Assembly: GCA_019057385.1 (NCBI GenBank)
Contig: JAHQJS010000007.1
Coordinates: 512,001 to 576,000 of the forward strand
Length of the DNA: 64,000 nt
Source of the DNA: Candidatus Borrarchaeum weybense
GTDB taxonomy: Archaea > Asgardarchaeota > Sifarchaeia > Borrarchaeales > Borrarchaeaceae
Reading direction: 5' to 3'
The position numbers were made by a program, and so were the translations under genes. Below the pieces are notes generated by a model, which saw only the letters and a list, made by a program, of their open reading frames with translations, ran no database searches and was not told the origin of the DNA. Positions 50,089 to 60,287 of this stretch are shown in pieces; within the stretch, counting starts at the first letter, position 1, and every line of letters begins with the position of its first letter.

Positions 50089-51396
50089 TCATAAGTTTTC
50101 GACAGCATTTAATCCAGCAATGTATCCAGTGGTAAGTGCGATGCCTAGACCTGATTTTTCACTAATATAGTCATAACCAGCGAGAATAGATCCTGCTCCA
50201 AAAAGATTATCTGCTAGTACCTTTCCATCTAGATCGAAGGGTCTTAAGGTTTCATCTGTTATAATTCCCGTAAAGCCTATATTATGTTTTCCAGATTCAA
50301 GACGTTTTCCTGCAAAATAATCGGTTTTACTATCACTACGTACTGGTAAATCAAAAATTGGCTCATAGAACTTTGTTCCATCGAAATATAGTCCTTCTGC
50401 GATAAAGCTACCAGTCGCAAGCACAAAAACATCTGCCGTAAATGTCCGCCTATAAATATCTGCTACTGTTTCCAAAGTTTTACATTCATTATTTTCGACA
50501 TGTGCACTTAAAACCTGAATTCCTCTGTGAATCTCGACACCAACGTCATTAGCTGCATTCTCTAAAATCTGTTGAAGTCTCTGTCCAGGTACTGATGGGG
50601 GGAGAGATAAACATTCAAACACTTGAACACCAAGTTCCTTTTCAAGATGCTGATGGTTTTGAAACCAATTTTTGTATCCTAATATTGCTGGAAAAACAAC
50701 TGTATACGCATCTGTTTCATTTACAAACTTTTGCAGTTGTTTCAGAAACCCTGAAAATAATTCTTCATTATCTAATGCTTCAGCAATCTCTATTGATGTA
50801 ATTTCTTTATCTTTTCCTAAACTGGGTATCATTATGTCTTTCGAAACGATTTCTTTGATTGTAGTTTGTTCAAAAAAGGAATTCACAACATATTGTAAAG
50901 ATTTTGAAAAGAATTTAGCGTTGAACTCTGAATAACACGGCACTCCAACAGTCATGAGTTTTGAATCTTCGAATTCGAGAAGGTTACCATGCAGCATTGA
51001 TATCGGGACAATGCAACTTGGTCTGAATGTGCCGAAATAGTTAGATAATACAACATTTTGAGAAGTTTTGCCGGCATAAGTCATATTTGTGATCTCTAAA
51101 AAATCTTGAATCGAAATTTTCAAAATCTCTAAGGTTTTTTTAGCGTCTCCATTGCCAATTTTTGCGTAAGGATGATATGGTGAGGTATTAACAAGTTCCT
51201 TAATATGTTCTTCTGGATTAATAACCAATTCGTTTTTGAAATACCCAAGTAAATCAATTACGCCAGTACTCATGTTTGTTGTTCCTAAACCCCTACTAAG
51301 AACTGCAACTTTCTTTCCTGTTTCTGCAATCTTTCTTGCTGCAGTTAAACCTGCCATACCTGCGCCAATAACAATTGCATCGTATTGTATATCCAT
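50089..51396 (-). CDS. glpB: Anaerobic glycerol-3-phosphate dehydrogenase subunit B
   Basis: IGAGMAG, PPSVPGQRL, VLATGSFI, EPIFDLP, EKSGLGIA; overlaps the glpA stop. Confidence 0.9.
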   Translation of the reverse strand: MDIQYDAIVIGAGMAGLTAARKIAETGKKVAVLSRGLGTTNMSTGVIDLLGYFKNELVINPEEHIKELVNTSPYHPYAKIGNGDAKKTLEILKISIQDFLEITNMTYAGKTSQNVVLSNYFGTFRPSCIVPISMLHGNLLEFEDSKLMTVGVPCYSEFNAKFFSKSLQYVVNSFFEQTTIKEIVSKDIMIPSLGKDKEITSIEIAEALDNEELFSGFLKQLQKFVNETDAYTVVFPAILGYKNWFQNHQHLEKELGVQVFECLSLPPSVPGQRLQQILENAANDVGVEIHRGIQVLSAHVENNECKTLETVADIYRRTFTADVFVLATGSFIAEGLYFDGTKFYEPIFDLPVRSDSKTDYFAGKRLESGKHNIGFTGIITDETLRPFDLDGKVLADNLFGAGSILAGYDYISEKSGLGIALTTGYIAGLNAVENL

Positions 51397-53036
51397 TATT
51401 CTTGACTCTCCAGCAGTTTTTTGTGTAATTGGTCATAATTTCCAACACAACTAAATACTGATTGACTTAACAGTTCTTGTCGAAGCTGGTTCATCCAAAG
51501 AACAAATTTAGTGCCTTTCCACCTTTCCTCAATAAAATCAATGATTGCTTTTTGTATATCGGCTATTTCGTTATCTTTTGAATACTCAAACAATTGATGC
51601 GCAAGTTTGAGCGTACATAAACCACCTTGACAAATCCCAAATCCAGCTTGCGTTCTTTTACAAATATCCTCAAGACTGTAAGCCCACATTTTATCGATAA
51701 TATATTTCACTTCTGCATTTGACACATATTCACACGAACATGCTGTTAATCTTGTGGCAGGATTTTCTTCCATAGTAGCAAAAATTGTTTTAGCTGCGGC
51801 TTCCCATCTCCCAATTGTACGCTCTGTAAGAAGCCAAGGGATTTTTAATTTTTTAGCAATTTCCACAAAGTTAAGATCATGTTCTTCTGCACCAGGAAGT
51901 TTAGTTTTATGTGTCACACAATCTGCTCGTATTCCAAGTTTTTTTGCAACAAGATCTGAGGTCTTTTCTGCCATAAGTCTATAAGTTGTAAGCTTACCCC
52001 CCGTAATTGTAATTAGACCAGAAACACCATCTCTCGTCTCATGATCAAGTACTTTAAATGTCCTACTAATTTCCCTTCCTTCTTCTCCCGGCTCAGCTCC
52101 TAATAATGGTCTATTACCTGCATATGCTCGTACCATTCGGGCTTCCTTAACAAATGGAGAAAGAATTGCGCCTTCACGAATCATTTCGTCAACTTCAGCT
52201 GCTGTAACTGGACATTCATCAGGACTATCCATAGAAACTGAAGTTGTTCCGATAATAGCTGTACTAATATGGGGAACTATAATATCACCATTTGCTGGAA
52301 AACGAAGTCTGTTAACTACTCGTGTGAAAAGTCTTCGATCAATAATAACCATGACGCCTTTAGATGGTGTTATTGGAATGTGAATATCAGCTAATTCAGC
52401 AATTTTTCTAGCCCAAACACCAGTCGCGTTTATCACAAAATCTGCATATAAATCATAGATATTTCCTTTTCTATGATCTTTAACTCTGACGCCGGTAATT
52501 GCCATATTATCTTTATGGAACGCTATTACCTCTGAATATGTTCGAATAGAAGCACCTAGCTGTGCCGCCTGGAGTGCTGTTTCTACAATAAGGCGAAATG
52601 GGTAAACACTTCCATCATTAACGTGAAATGCCGTCTCAACATCTTCGTTAATAAATGGTTCCATTTGAAGAGTTTCTTTTTGCGATAATTCTTTGAATTC
52701 AACATTGCATTCTCGACAACCTTGAATGAATTGATCTTTAAATTCGGGATCATCAATTCCAGAAATTCCTACAAAAAGTCCTCCTGTTAGGTGAACTGAG
52801 TTTGACGCTATTTCTAGAAGAATTTTGCTTTCCTCGGCACATTCTCTTGCCGATTCTTTATCTTTAACAACATATCTGCCACCGCTATGAAGAAGACCAT
52901 GAGATCGTCCACTTGTTCCACTGCTCAGATCATGTCTTTCAAGTAAAACAGTTTTTAGTCCTCTTAGTGTAAGATCTCTTGCCACTTCTGCCCCAGTTGC
53001 TCCTCCTCCTATTATTATAGCATCAAAACGTTCCAT
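51396..53036 (-). CDS. glpA: Anaerobic glycerol-3-phosphate dehydrogenase subunit A
   Basis: IGGGATG, GTSGRSHGLLHSGGRY, GGKLTTYR, C-terminal CSCE...GICQGGLC; GAGGAG SD before ATG at 53036. Confidence 0.93.
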   Translation of the reverse strand: MERFDAIIIGGGATGAEVARDLTLRGLKTVLLERHDLSSGTSGRSHGLLHSGGRYVVKDKESARECAEESKILLEIASNSVHLTGGLFVGISGIDDPEFKDQFIQGCRECNVEFKELSQKETLQMEPFINEDVETAFHVNDGSVYPFRLIVETALQAAQLGASIRTYSEVIAFHKDNMAITGVRVKDHRKGNIYDLYADFVINATGVWARKIAELADIHIPITPSKGVMVIIDRRLFTRVVNRLRFPANGDIIVPHISTAIIGTTSVSMDSPDECPVTAAEVDEMIREGAILSPFVKEARMVRAYAGNRPLLGAEPGEEGREISRTFKVLDHETRDGVSGLITITGGKLTTYRLMAEKTSDLVAKKLGIRADCVTHKTKLPGAEEHDLNFVEIAKKLKIPWLLTERTIGRWEAAAKTIFATMEENPATRLTACSCEYVSNAEVKYIIDKMWAYSLEDICKRTQAGFGICQGGLCTLKLAHQLFEYSKDNEIADIQKAIIDFIEERWKGTKFVLWMNQLRQELLSQSVFSCVGNYDQLHKKLLESQE

Positions 53037-53094
53037 AAATATCTCCTCTACAATAAAAAACAAGTTAAAAAAAAGTAAGTAGGCAGCAGTTCTT

Positions 53095-54600
53095 CTATGT
53101 TTCGATCCAACCAGTTGCACGCTTTACTGCTCTATTCCAACCTTCATACAACTCTCGCCTTTTATCTTCGCTGATTTCTGGTTCAAAACGTCGATCTACA
53201 CCCCAGTTTTTCTTGAGATCTTCTAGATCCTTCCAATACCCAACAGCTAAACCAGCAGCATACGCAGCACCTAAAGCAGTCGTTTCATCTACTGTGGGAC
53301 GCACACAAGGGACTCCAAGAATATCTGATTGAAGTTGCATCAGAAAATTGTTTTTAACTGCTCCACCATCAACTTTTAGTTCTGATAGTCTGATACCTGA
53401 ATCTTTCATCATTGCTTCTAAAACATCCCTTGTTTGATAGCAGATTGACTCTAGCGTTGCACGAATCAAATGTTCTCTTGAAGTACCCCTCGTCAATCCT
53501 ACGATTGTACCACGTGCATACATATCCCAATAAGGTGCCCCCAAGCCCACAAAAGCTGGCACGAAATAGACACCGCCAGTATCTGGCACAGATGACGCGG
53601 CTTCTTCTGTTTCTGCGGCATTTTGAATAACCCTTAAGCCATCTCTTAACCACTGAATTGCAGCTCCTGTAATGAAAATTGATCCTTCAAGTGCATAAAC
53701 CGTGGGCTCTCCTGATAATCCATATGCAACTGTAGTTAGTAGACCACTCTTACTGGATACGGCTTTTGTACCAGTATTCAACAACATAAAACAACCTGTG
53801 CCATACGTATTCTTTGCTTCTCCTGGAGAATAACAAGTTTGACCAAATATTGCTGCTTGTTGATCTCCTAAGTCTCCACAGACGGGGATTTCCTGATTAA
53901 AAAATGTGTCTTGAGTAGTATGCCCGTACAGATCTTTATCAGAACTTGGTCTTGGTTCTGGCAACATTGCACGTGGAATACCTAATTCTTCTAATATTTC
54001 GTCATCCCAATCAAGCGTATTTATATTAAAAATCAGAGTCCTAGACGCATTGGAATAATCAGTAACATGTGCTCGTGTTAGGTTCCATATAATCCATGTA
54101 TCTATATTTCCAAATAGGACTTCACCTGTTTCAGCTCTTTTTCGTACACCAGGATCATTATCAAGTATCCACTTGATCTTGGTTCCACTAAAATATGCAT
54201 CAATTACGAGTCCTGTTTTTTCTTTAACCATTTCTGAAAGGCCCTTTTGTTTCATATCGTCACAAATTGGGGCTGTACGACGGCATTGCCATACAATTGC
54301 ATTATATACGGGCATTCCAGTTTTTTTGGACCAGATAACAGTCGTTTCTCTCTGATTTGTCACACCAATAGCTTGAATCAACTTTGGGTCAATATTTTTA
54401 ACTTCCAATGCTTTTCTCATTACCTTTTGAGTCTTCGACCAGATTTCTAGTGGGTCATGCTCGACCCATCCCGGTTTTGGAAAGATCTGTTCGTGCTCCT
54501 CGTAGGCTGAAGTTATCACGCTTCCTGAATGGTCAAATACCATAAATCTAGTGCCGGTTGTTCCTTGATCTATAGCTGCAACATATTTTTCTTCACTCAT
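53095..54600 (-). CDS. glpK: Glycerol kinase
   Basis: [42 protein letters not shown]. Confidence 0.97.
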   Translation of the reverse strand: MSEEKYVAAIDQGTTGTRFMVFDHSGSVITSAYEEHEQIFPKPGWVEHDPLEIWSKTQKVMRKALEVKNIDPKLIQAIGVTNQRETTVIWSKKTGMPVYNAIVWQCRRTAPICDDMKQKGLSEMVKEKTGLVIDAYFSGTKIKWILDNDPGVRKRAETGEVLFGNIDTWIIWNLTRAHVTDYSNASRTLIFNINTLDWDDEILEELGIPRAMLPEPRPSSDKDLYGHTTQDTFFNQEIPVCGDLGDQQAAIFGQTCYSPGEAKNTYGTGCFMLLNTGTKAVSSKSGLLTTVAYGLSGEPTVYALEGSIFITGAAIQWLRDGLRVIQNAAETEEAASSVPDTGGVYFVPAFVGLGAPYWDMYARGTIVGLTRGTSREHLIRATLESICYQTRDVLEAMMKDSGIRLSELKVDGGAVKNNFLMQLQSDILGVPCVRPTVDETTALGAAYAAGLAVGYWKDLEDLKKNWGVDRRFEPEISEDKRRELYEGWNRAVKRATGWIET

Positions 54601-54614
54601 ATTAAACCCCTCAT

Positions 54615-54991
54615 AAGATTACCTCAAGGAGACTCCAGCCCTTCAGGGCGGAGAGGAATTAAGGTCGGGTGTTGTTCACACAACCCTTTCTGCGGAGACA
54701 GGGGTTGGTGTACCCAACCTAGCGGTGTTTTATTGACGGGTACTCTCAAGTCCCGCCACTCCCAACACCAAGGGAGTAGGTCCACTTCGAGGCTGTTGTA
54801 AAGGCTTGTTTGATCGGCAGCACCGTTCCTACCCCTCAGAACTTTTAACCACCGACGACAGAGCAGGGGGCTAGTGGAGCACCCCAGGGTGTCATGACCT
54901 AAACAACTGCTGCTCCCCACTAAGGGAAGCCCTCTAATCAACTAAGAGACTTGGTTTCCCAAGCTCTACCCTTTCGGGTGGGGTAGTTGAC
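54615..54991 (-). mobile_element. Non-autonomous IscB-derived element carrying only the HEARO/omega RNA
   Basis: Minus strand GTCAACTACCCC...GTTGATTAG...TGCTCCACTAG...CTCGAAGTGGACC, then TTGAGAGTACC (first iscB codons), then terminal hairpin GGAGTCTCC + 13 nt + ATGA. Confidence 0.85.
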
Positions 54992-55207
54992 TTTCAATAT
55001 CTGAATCCTTTTTTTCCAAATAAGTAAGGATTGTTATTCAGCTCAAGATATTTAAGATATTAAGATCAAATTAGTCTTAGGAAAGTTTAGAACTTTCAAT
55101 ACTACAACTAAAGCATATAATTAAACAAGATTGCTAATTGTAATTTGAAAATCTATTATAATGCAAAATTTTTAATTTCAAATTAAGAGAGCTAAAGGTG
55201 GGTAATT

Positions 55208-56659
55208 ATGTTAAAAGATTCTAAATTTGAGTGGTTTGAAAATAATTTAAGGCCTGAACAATCGAATAGAGTTGTGTTGGCCAGTGGAAAGGGTCCAATC
55301 AGTAATGCAGATATATCTTGTTATGTTCTAACTTACAAAACATTAGAAGAACTCTATAAAATTGACGACGCATTTAAGACCAAAGTTGAAAATTGTGAAT
55401 GCGTATTTATCAAGCCAAATTTAACTCAACCCCCATCTTTTTTTGAAGACGATGAAAAACTAGATCGGCCATTTTCCAACGGAGTGAATACAAGTGTTTT
55501 CGCCTGTCAAGCTGTAGTCGATTTTCTATTTGAAAACGATGTACCAAATTGCTATATTGGTGAATCTGTCGTGTGGACCCCATCAACACACGATACTTTT
55601 GACGAGTGTGGATATACAGAATTATTTATGGATTATGGCGATGCGGTAGATTTAATCGATCTGAGAACAACTGAGGAAGACGTTGAAGTCGGCATGTATG
55701 GAGCTGTTAATGAAATTGATAAACCAGAGGCTCAATTAACTATTCCATTAGAAGGGGATTTTGCAGTTACTGCTCGAAATTCGGTTATTCAATGTCTAAA
55801 GAATACAAAGTTCGAAAATAAATTGGATCAACTTATTGACAATAATCTCAGTTTTACGTTAAATAGAACAATTGAAGACATTGACCTGTTCATTAGCGTA
55901 GCTAAATTAAAGACTCATACTCAGATGCTTTTCTCAGGTGCGATTAAAAACAGATTCGGACTTTTGGAACCACCTTCAAGAAGACATGCAGCCCATTTAC
56001 GCATAGATCCATTATGGCGGAATCAAACTCGCTACGAACTTGCAATGAGTTTTGAATATTTAACAACACTTATTTGCAATTTAGACAGAGCACTGACTTC
56101 TTTTTTCGAAAGAAGAAAAATAGGTCAACTAGATATCATTGAAGGTGGATATTGGGCACTTGAAGGAGATGGACCTTTATGGCATGGGCATGAACGCCGT
56201 GAAAACATAGTACTGGCAACATATAACAACCCATTAGCAATTGATACAGTAGCAGCAGAACTTATGTTTTCAGATATCTCACCCTCAGATACTTATCAAG
56301 AACGTTTGAAACATCATGCAACTGCATTTTTTGAACGAAACAATCTGCCAAAAGACTCTGTAGCATTTAAAACGCTAGAAAATGAACTTTTTGAGTTCTA
56401 TCCTATCTCTTTTGCTCAAAAACAACAATTAGGCGAATCAGATCTCTCGAAAATTGGAATTTGGATGTATGACCTCGACCGAACTCCTCAATATCTAGAA
56501 GATATGCGTCAGGGAGGATTGTTTTTAAGCCCTATTCCTTTCAAGAGCATGGCAAGTCTTACTCATAGAGCCTATGGTGTGCTTTTCGAGGAATTTCCGG
56601 ATCTTAACGATGAGAAAATAGTCGTCGTAGAAAAGAAAGCACGACCTAAGCATTCATAA
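55208..56659 (+). CDS. DUF362-family protein
   Basis: VFIKPNL, IGES, KLKTH, GAIKNRFG, LEGDGP, NPLAIDTVA. Confidence 0.8.
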   Translation: MLKDSKFEWFENNLRPEQSNRVVLASGKGPISNADISCYVLTYKTLEELYKIDDAFKTKVENCECVFIKPNLTQPPSFFEDDEKLDRPFSNGVNTSVFACQAVVDFLFENDVPNCYIGESVVWTPSTHDTFDECGYTELFMDYGDAVDLIDLRTTEEDVEVGMYGAVNEIDKPEAQLTIPLEGDFAVTARNSVIQCLKNTKFENKLDQLIDNNLSFTLNRTIEDIDLFISVAKLKTHTQMLFSGAIKNRFGLLEPPSRRHAAHLRIDPLWRNQTRYELAMSFEYLTTLICNLDRALTSFFERRKIGQLDIIEGGYWALEGDGPLWHGHERRENIVLATYNNPLAIDTVAAELMFSDISPSDTYQERLKHHATAFFERNNLPKDSVAFKTLENELFEFYPISFAQKQQLGESDLSKIGIWMYDLDRTPQYLEDMRQGGLFLSPIPFKSMASLTHRAYGVLFEEFPDLNDEKIVVVEKKARPKHS

Positions 56660-56673
56660 GGAGTAGATGATTA

Positions 56674-57591
56674 ATGAAACTACATCCATTGGTTATAGCG
56701 CATAATTGTGGTTATATTGGCTATAAGGAAGAATGCTATTCGTTAGAGGCTACTAGGAAGGCTTATCAAGAATGTGATTACTTAGAGATTGATTTAATAT
56801 TAAAACAAATTAATGGAGAAAAAAAATGGTGGTATTTTCACGAAGGGATTTTCGGTGGTGAAGATAGGGAGGACGGGATCTCCATCGATCAGTTTTTAGA
56901 CGAATTCAATGCCGTTGCGGATGAAATAAGTTCAAGCCCTAAGAAACCTGGCTTATTTTTAGATCTTAAAGAACACCTTAACGGAGAAGGTGTGAATAAA
57001 CTAATGGATTATCTCAATAATAAATATAAAAACAATATAATCCCTACTGGCACGCCTCTAATGATCTACACGGGGCGAGATGCTCTTCAAGCAGTATTTC
57101 GAGACACAACACGTCATTTTGTGATGTGGCTATGCAATAATGAAAATTCATTGATGTTGGATTCCGAATATTGCCCCAAATTGACAATTGTGACCAGAGA
57201 AGTTGATGTGGAAAAAATAGTAAAAGGTAAAATAAAGGCAGCTTTGAACGACGACGAAAAAACATGGTTTTGGGATAATTTCAATAAAAAGGTCTGGTGG
57301 AGTTTCAATCCACATCCAAGTTGGCTTTACAAATATTTTCACAAATACTTTAAACAAGAATATCAAATCTTTGAAAATAGCATCACACTTATTCCTTGGT
57401 TTACCAAAAGAGAAGAAACGGAAGAGGAATGGATTAAAGTCATTCTTACAATACTAAAAAATTATTGGCTATATAAGAGTCATTGCAGTAAGTCTGGAAT
57501 GACGCCAAACCCAGCTTCTTGGGGAATTATTTCGTACAAACCGAAAGAATTAATAGATTTTGTGAATAATCTGTCCTTTGATGACTTCTAA
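56674..57591 (+). CDS. Putative GDPD/PLC-like phosphodiesterase (divergent)
   Basis: VIAHNCG, YLEIDL, YFHE and LFLDLKE match GDPD TIM-barrel motif positions. Confidence 0.5.
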   Translation: MKLHPLVIAHNCGYIGYKEECYSLEATRKAYQECDYLEIDLILKQINGEKKWWYFHEGIFGGEDREDGISIDQFLDEFNAVADEISSSPKKPGLFLDLKEHLNGEGVNKLMDYLNNKYKNNIIPTGTPLMIYTGRDALQAVFRDTTRHFVMWLCNNENSLMLDSEYCPKLTIVTREVDVEKIVKGKIKAALNDDEKTWFWDNFNKKVWWSFNPHPSWLYKYFHKYFKQEYQIFENSITLIPWFTKREETEEEWIKVILTILKNYWLYKSHCSKSGMTPNPASWGIISYKPKELIDFVNNLSFDDF

Positions 57592-57617
57592 TTCAAAAAT
57601 CAGTGAACTTAACGAGA

Positions 57618-59291
57618 TCAATCGGTCTTATACTTTTTTACTACAAATTTTATATGCTTTTTGGCAAGTTTATGATCTGGATTGATTCTCAACGCCCTAC
57701 TATAACATTCAAGGGTTTTTTTGTAATCTTTTATTGAGAAATATGCAAAGCCCAATTTAAACCATGCTTCTGCATTCTTAGGGGTAATTTCTACAACCTT
57801 TTGATAATGTTTAACTGCTTTCTCATGCTTACCAAGACCGCTATATACTACCCCCATGTTGTACCACGCTAAGACGTATCTAGGATTTAGTTCCACAGCT
57901 TTCTGATAAGATTCAAGTGTTTTCTTGAGTTTTGTCATTTTAAAATAAGCGTTTCCCATGTTATGCCATATCTTATATAGTTCAGGGGAGATTTTCAGTG
58001 CTTTTTCATATTCTTCAATAGCTTTTTGGTAATTTTCTTGCTTGAAATATGAATTCCCCATCTCCAGATGATCTTCTATAGATATCATGTTCATAAAACT
58101 GTTCTCTGAGCTTAAAAATTTTTGATATTGTGAATACCTCCGAATTGTTTCGTTTAGCTTTCTTTTTGATGGGTCATAACCTGGATTGATCTTTAATGCT
58201 TGATTATAACATCTTATTTCTTGAAAATAATCTCCTAAACTCCCATATGCAAGTCCCATGCTATGCCATGCACCAACATATTCATTATTATGCTCAATTG
58301 CCTTCTCATAGTAGTTGATAGCATTGTTGTAATCGCCGAGTGCGTAGTAAGCCTCTCCTATATTATGCCAGATTCTATATTCTCCTGGGGATGCATCTAC
58401 TGCTTTCTTGTACTCTTCAATTGCATTTTGGTACATTTTTTTCTCAAAATATGCATTTCCTCTCTCTAAATAGTCCTCTACCGAAATCTCTACTGAATTT
58501 TTCCTTTGAGTTACTCCCTCTTCTGGTAAAACGACTTTCTTTTCTACTGTGTCTTCCTCTTTGTCCGTCTTTTTTTCACTTTCTTGCTCTTCCTTCATTA
58601 TTTCATCTTGATATTCTGATTGCTTTTCAATAGCTTCTTCCAACTTCTTTTTTACAATCTCATAGTTGGGATTGATTTTCAAGGCATTTTCGTAACATTC
58701 AATTTCTAAGAAAAGATCTCCTAACTCTCCGTAAGCTACCCCCATATTGTACCATGCACTTGCATACTCACGATTAATTTCCACTGCTTTCTTATAAGAA
58801 TCAATTGCTTGCTCGTACCTGCCCAATTCTATATTCGCTGCACCCATATTGCTCCATGCTAATGCATTCTTAGAATCGATTTTTACGGCTTTTTTATAGA
58901 CAGCAACTGCTTGCTCATATTTGCCTAATCTGTGATAGGAAATGCCCATTCGATTCCATGCATCTACTAGATCTGGATTGATTTGTAATGCTTTTTGACA
59001 GCATTCAAGAGCTTTTTCATAATCTTCTATCTGAATGTAAGCATCTCCCAAGTTATTCCAAGCTAATGTATATTCTGGATTGAGCTCCACTGTTAATTCA
59101 TATGAGGCTATCGCCTTTTTGTATTCACGTAAATTATGGTAAGCAACACCTAAGCCATTCCATGCAGCATGGTAGTTTGAATCGATCTTTACTGCCTTTT
59201 GATACTCTTTTATTGCTTTTTTGTACTGACCTTGTGCCAAATAGTTGTCTCCTGTTTCAAAATACTCCTCAGGCGTATGCTTTGTATACAT
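57618..59291 (-). CDS. Tetratricopeptide repeat protein (multiple canonical TPR blocks)
   Basis: Many AWYNMG...Y.KA.EINP repeats in three blocks. Confidence 0.92.
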   Translation of the reverse strand: MYTKHTPEEYFETGDNYLAQGQYKKAIKEYQKAVKIDSNYHAAWNGLGVAYHNLREYKKAIASYELTVELNPEYTLAWNNLGDAYIQIEDYEKALECCQKALQINPDLVDAWNRMGISYHRLGKYEQAVAVYKKAVKIDSKNALAWSNMGAANIELGRYEQAIDSYKKAVEINREYASAWYNMGVAYGELGDLFLEIECYENALKINPNYEIVKKKLEEAIEKQSEYQDEIMKEEQESEKKTDKEEDTVEKKVVLPEEGVTQRKNSVEISVEDYLERGNAYFEKKMYQNAIEEYKKAVDASPGEYRIWHNIGEAYYALGDYNNAINYYEKAIEHNNEYVGAWHSMGLAYGSLGDYFQEIRCYNQALKINPGYDPSKRKLNETIRRYSQYQKFLSSENSFMNMISIEDHLEMGNSYFKQENYQKAIEEYEKALKISPELYKIWHNMGNAYFKMTKLKKTLESYQKAVELNPRYVLAWYNMGVVYSGLGKHEKAVKHYQKVVEITPKNAEAWFKLGFAYFSIKDYKKTLECYSRALRINPDHKLAKKHIKFVVKKYKTD

Positions 59292-59495
59292 TGTAAAAAA
59301 CCTACAGAAAGCCAGTTAAATTATGAGAATTACTGCGTCAACTTATTTTTAGTTTCTGGAAAATGTTTCCACAACATTTTCTAGAGGCCTCATTTCAGTT
59401 TATCATATTGCTCACGTCGTATATCAGGCGTTCTGTATTTCTTATTCTTCCAAAAAACAAAAAAAACGATCTTTTTGATTATAGATCGGACAAAA

Positions 59496-59798
59496 CTACG
59501 AATTGGCGTGATAAACAATAATGTCTTTGCTAAGGGGATTAACACTAGCGCTATAACCATTTGTTGAGGTAATTTTTTCAATTATTCTCTCAAACGCCTT
59601 GTGATTCTTTATGTTTTTAAGAGTGATTTTGTCGTGGAGTTCTAACAAATCTAGTAGAAATTGGGTGCAGATACCCTGTCCTTGAAATGCTGGTTCGATT
59701 TGGATGTCATCTATAAGTAATTTACCACCATTTCTGAAGGTATAATAGCCTACGTTCTTACCACTGTAAATAATGTCCTCTATCATTTTAATTTCCAC
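59496..59798 (-). CDS. GNAT-like small protein
   Basis: IDDIQIEPAFQGQGIC acetyl-CoA-binding motif. Confidence 0.5.
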   Translation of the reverse strand: MEIKMIEDIIYSGKNVGYYTFRNGGKLLIDDIQIEPAFQGQGICTQFLLDLLELHDKITLKNIKNHKAFERIIEKITSTNGYSASVNPLSKDIIVYHANS

Positions 59799-60103
59799 CA
59801 GAATGCGCGAATTTAGGCTTTAATTCACGCTTTATTCGTTCTCCAAAAAATTCGCGTAAACACATTGCTTTCATAGATACTATTGTTGGACTATTAAGCT
59901 AAGATGTAATTGCTCTTTCTTGGATCTCAGGATAAGTATGCCGTATCAATCTTGATATTTAAAGATTCTGGTAAAGTCATCCTTCATTTTATAGACTATA
60001 ACAAATGCGGCATTTTTCTAAACACGTGCTATTAACATGGGATATATTTCTAGTCTAAAAAACTCTGTATAGCTTTTGAATATAATTAGATCTTCAATAA
60101 CCT

Positions 60104-60232
60104 TTATGATTCGAGCGTAAATGTAACAACGGCACCTTCATCAATTTCTTCAATTTCTGTGATCTCAGCTTTTACTTTAAGTTCTTCTAGCAAGAACCTA
60201 AAGTCATCAAAGTAGTCGTAAAACCCGCAAGT
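60104..60232 (-). pseudogene. Orphan 3' half homologous to gene 61719-61982 (att-like remnant)
   Basis: TCGFYDYFDDFRFLLEELKVKAEITEIEEIDEGAVVTFTLES* with no 5' half. Confidence 0.8.
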
Positions 60233-60287
60233 TTATATAGATATTTTTTTTAATATATATGGAATTTTAAATTAAGGAGAACTTAAT

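Noticed and set aside
54529-54941. ORFs 54624-54941 and 54529-54801
   Set aside because: They run through the GC-rich HEARO RNA element and have no protein motifs beyond a few iscB start codons.
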